From contig CBDDIJ010000002.1 of NCBI GenBank assembly GCA_965228855.1, positions 416,001 through 480,000 on the forward strand: DNA of 64,000 nucleotides, given 5' to 3'. The first letter of the stretch is position 1; every line of letters starts with the position of its first letter. This document shows positions 63,801-64,000 of the stretch, piece by piece. Under the pieces are notes generated by a model. That model searched no databases and was not told where the DNA came from. It saw only the letters and a list, made by a program, of their open reading frames with translations. The translations under genes and the position numbers were made by a program. Source of the DNA: Candidatus Obscuribacterales bacterium (lineage in GTDB: Bacteria > Cyanobacteriota > Vampirovibrionia > Obscuribacterales > Obscuribacteraceae).

Positions 63801-63933
63801 CGTCGAGGAGGACAAGAAACTGGTGCCCGCCATCAGCCATGAAACTCTGCTGCGCTTCTATCAGGGCGCCGCTCAGCACGATTGGCATCGCGAGCAAACC
63901 GAGGGCGACATCGACCCGACCTCGGCGCACTAA
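60853..63933 (+). CDS. Alpha-dioxygenase-like haem peroxidase fused to TM helices and a caleosin-like C-terminus
   Basis: WIQFQFH, EHN, ARIHTIQWT, VYRLH, YNEFR, YDGDVDAVD; TM region ~63020-63390; C-terminal caleosin-like segment. Confidence 0.8.
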   Translation: MSDNPIQNGAEGTHGGDSRRCPMHQGAAPDNTTGGAAGTPTDQQNESRCPFTRAKNKLGSLVWRPDSKRVGIGLFEYIFLNAFYYLMETANRALSRNPYRKVSWDKWPASLAQLYLLAKIWYNRTNAITDPYDYAANDTVELGKPPASVKDNIATDGTWVSDDENPQMGAANTRFGSNIPPKKVRPDVENMTPSAREAGKLRWRRIDPETGKEITVYAMILNDMAGGWIQFQFHGFGGNTMRDPVSVCPHIMKREPHDNWPGGEAKIDRTSVDHTRITDNGRPTPINERVQAWIQGEIYGTSEEELKPLRAFKGGLMLIEDDGRLPADPKRPGVDLTGFNNNFNPLLSFLHWLFVSEHNAIAAYYASFHPDWDDERLFQMARRTNIAQIARIHTIQWTEDLLQHPALQIGMHTDWYGLIGPRKKMWLMRMCHRYPWVERLTRRLRSSDLLFGMPGSKWDHHEGPYQVPKHFRMVYRLHEMILGETEICEPGTDRLIERVKLLDFVMHNTRAQVQKFGYETLAWSFVRKSCGALVPHNVARAMTQFENQQDGTLTDICERDIFRERTDGTGTYNEFRQSVGEPPVTSFLELTGGDAEMARELSIKYDGDVDAVDSGIGILVEPKPAGFALGFCQFYQFVLNAPRRVKSNRHLTELFTYEYYKEGMNWVEHGGGMLGAMHRHLPKMRPLMEGVTRAFAPWKDTETFPHRQLQELHTHTANVFKSDMATLGLGILTAIAAVRTGAVPLSTAVLLLVAITLIPTALTVRRMAAMRFLQLCWKKCYTDKRHFMFGTLERAENSMNSAARFGCAHAVAVTYISLFLAWVFFATHPLTSVLLLAVAVSGLRVRKWSNAFAHDAQVLKIALRNRMREEGETPAIVEELPGNTHKQKRSRFLSVSGASTFDLSSTRIYAQDGNVDMAEFDLMCRMYAPGRDYFTSYDFARMREGNSHRDADEGRGNWLSRLFGRLSAKRTADQLMLQFGDRIVEEDKKLVPAISHETLLRFYQGAAQHDWHREQTEGDIDPTSAH

Positions 63934-63937
63934 ACTG

Positions 63938-63995
63938 CGGGGCGGAAGATCCGGATTACATCCGGGTCTTTCGTTCCCCGATCTTTTCTACTATA
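63938..63995 (+). repeat. Terminator-like hairpin followed by CTACTATA (element runs off the window edge)
   Basis: CGGGG..AAGA TCCGGAT/ATCCGGG TCTT..CCCCG, then TTTTCTACTATA with the motif at 63988-63995. Confidence 0.7.
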
Positions 63996-64000
63996 TCAAA

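Overview
Bacterial chromosomal window. The gene content and style suggest a non-photosynthetic Cyanobacteriota relative (Melainabacteria/Obscuribacterales-like), which is an inference only. Moderate-GC housekeeping genes (DnaJ-like, class II RNR nrdJ, wecB, acyl-CoA dehydrogenase, ABC transporter, fbaB, mce, rfaE2, TPR proteins) alternate with about 10 accessory transcription units that mostly have visibly stronger G/C-ending codon bias and long leaders. Every accessory unit is followed at its 3' end by the same non-coding signature: usually a terminator-like hairpin, then an oriented CTACTATA motif, then after about 65-100 bp a fixed-length 54-bp imperfect palindrome (TTGTCTATC..GACG..TTT.AAA..CGTC..GATAGACA). 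There are 10 full copies of the palindrome plus one truncated copy; the last unit shows only the motif because the window ends. No recombinase or transposase is encoded in the window. The accessory cargo includes: an operon of an active metallophosphoesterase, a HAD nucleotidase and a catalytically dead paralogue; a phage-like cluster (TraR/DksA finger, S1, BI-1, Cas4-like nuclease) with repeated structured 5'UTRs; a MoxR/vWA (Bat-like) operon ending in an active plus a dead S41 protease; and a catalase-related haemoprotein paired with an alpha-dioxygenase fused to a caleosin-like tail (putative oxylipin pathway). No rRNA, tRNA or CRISPR array was seen.
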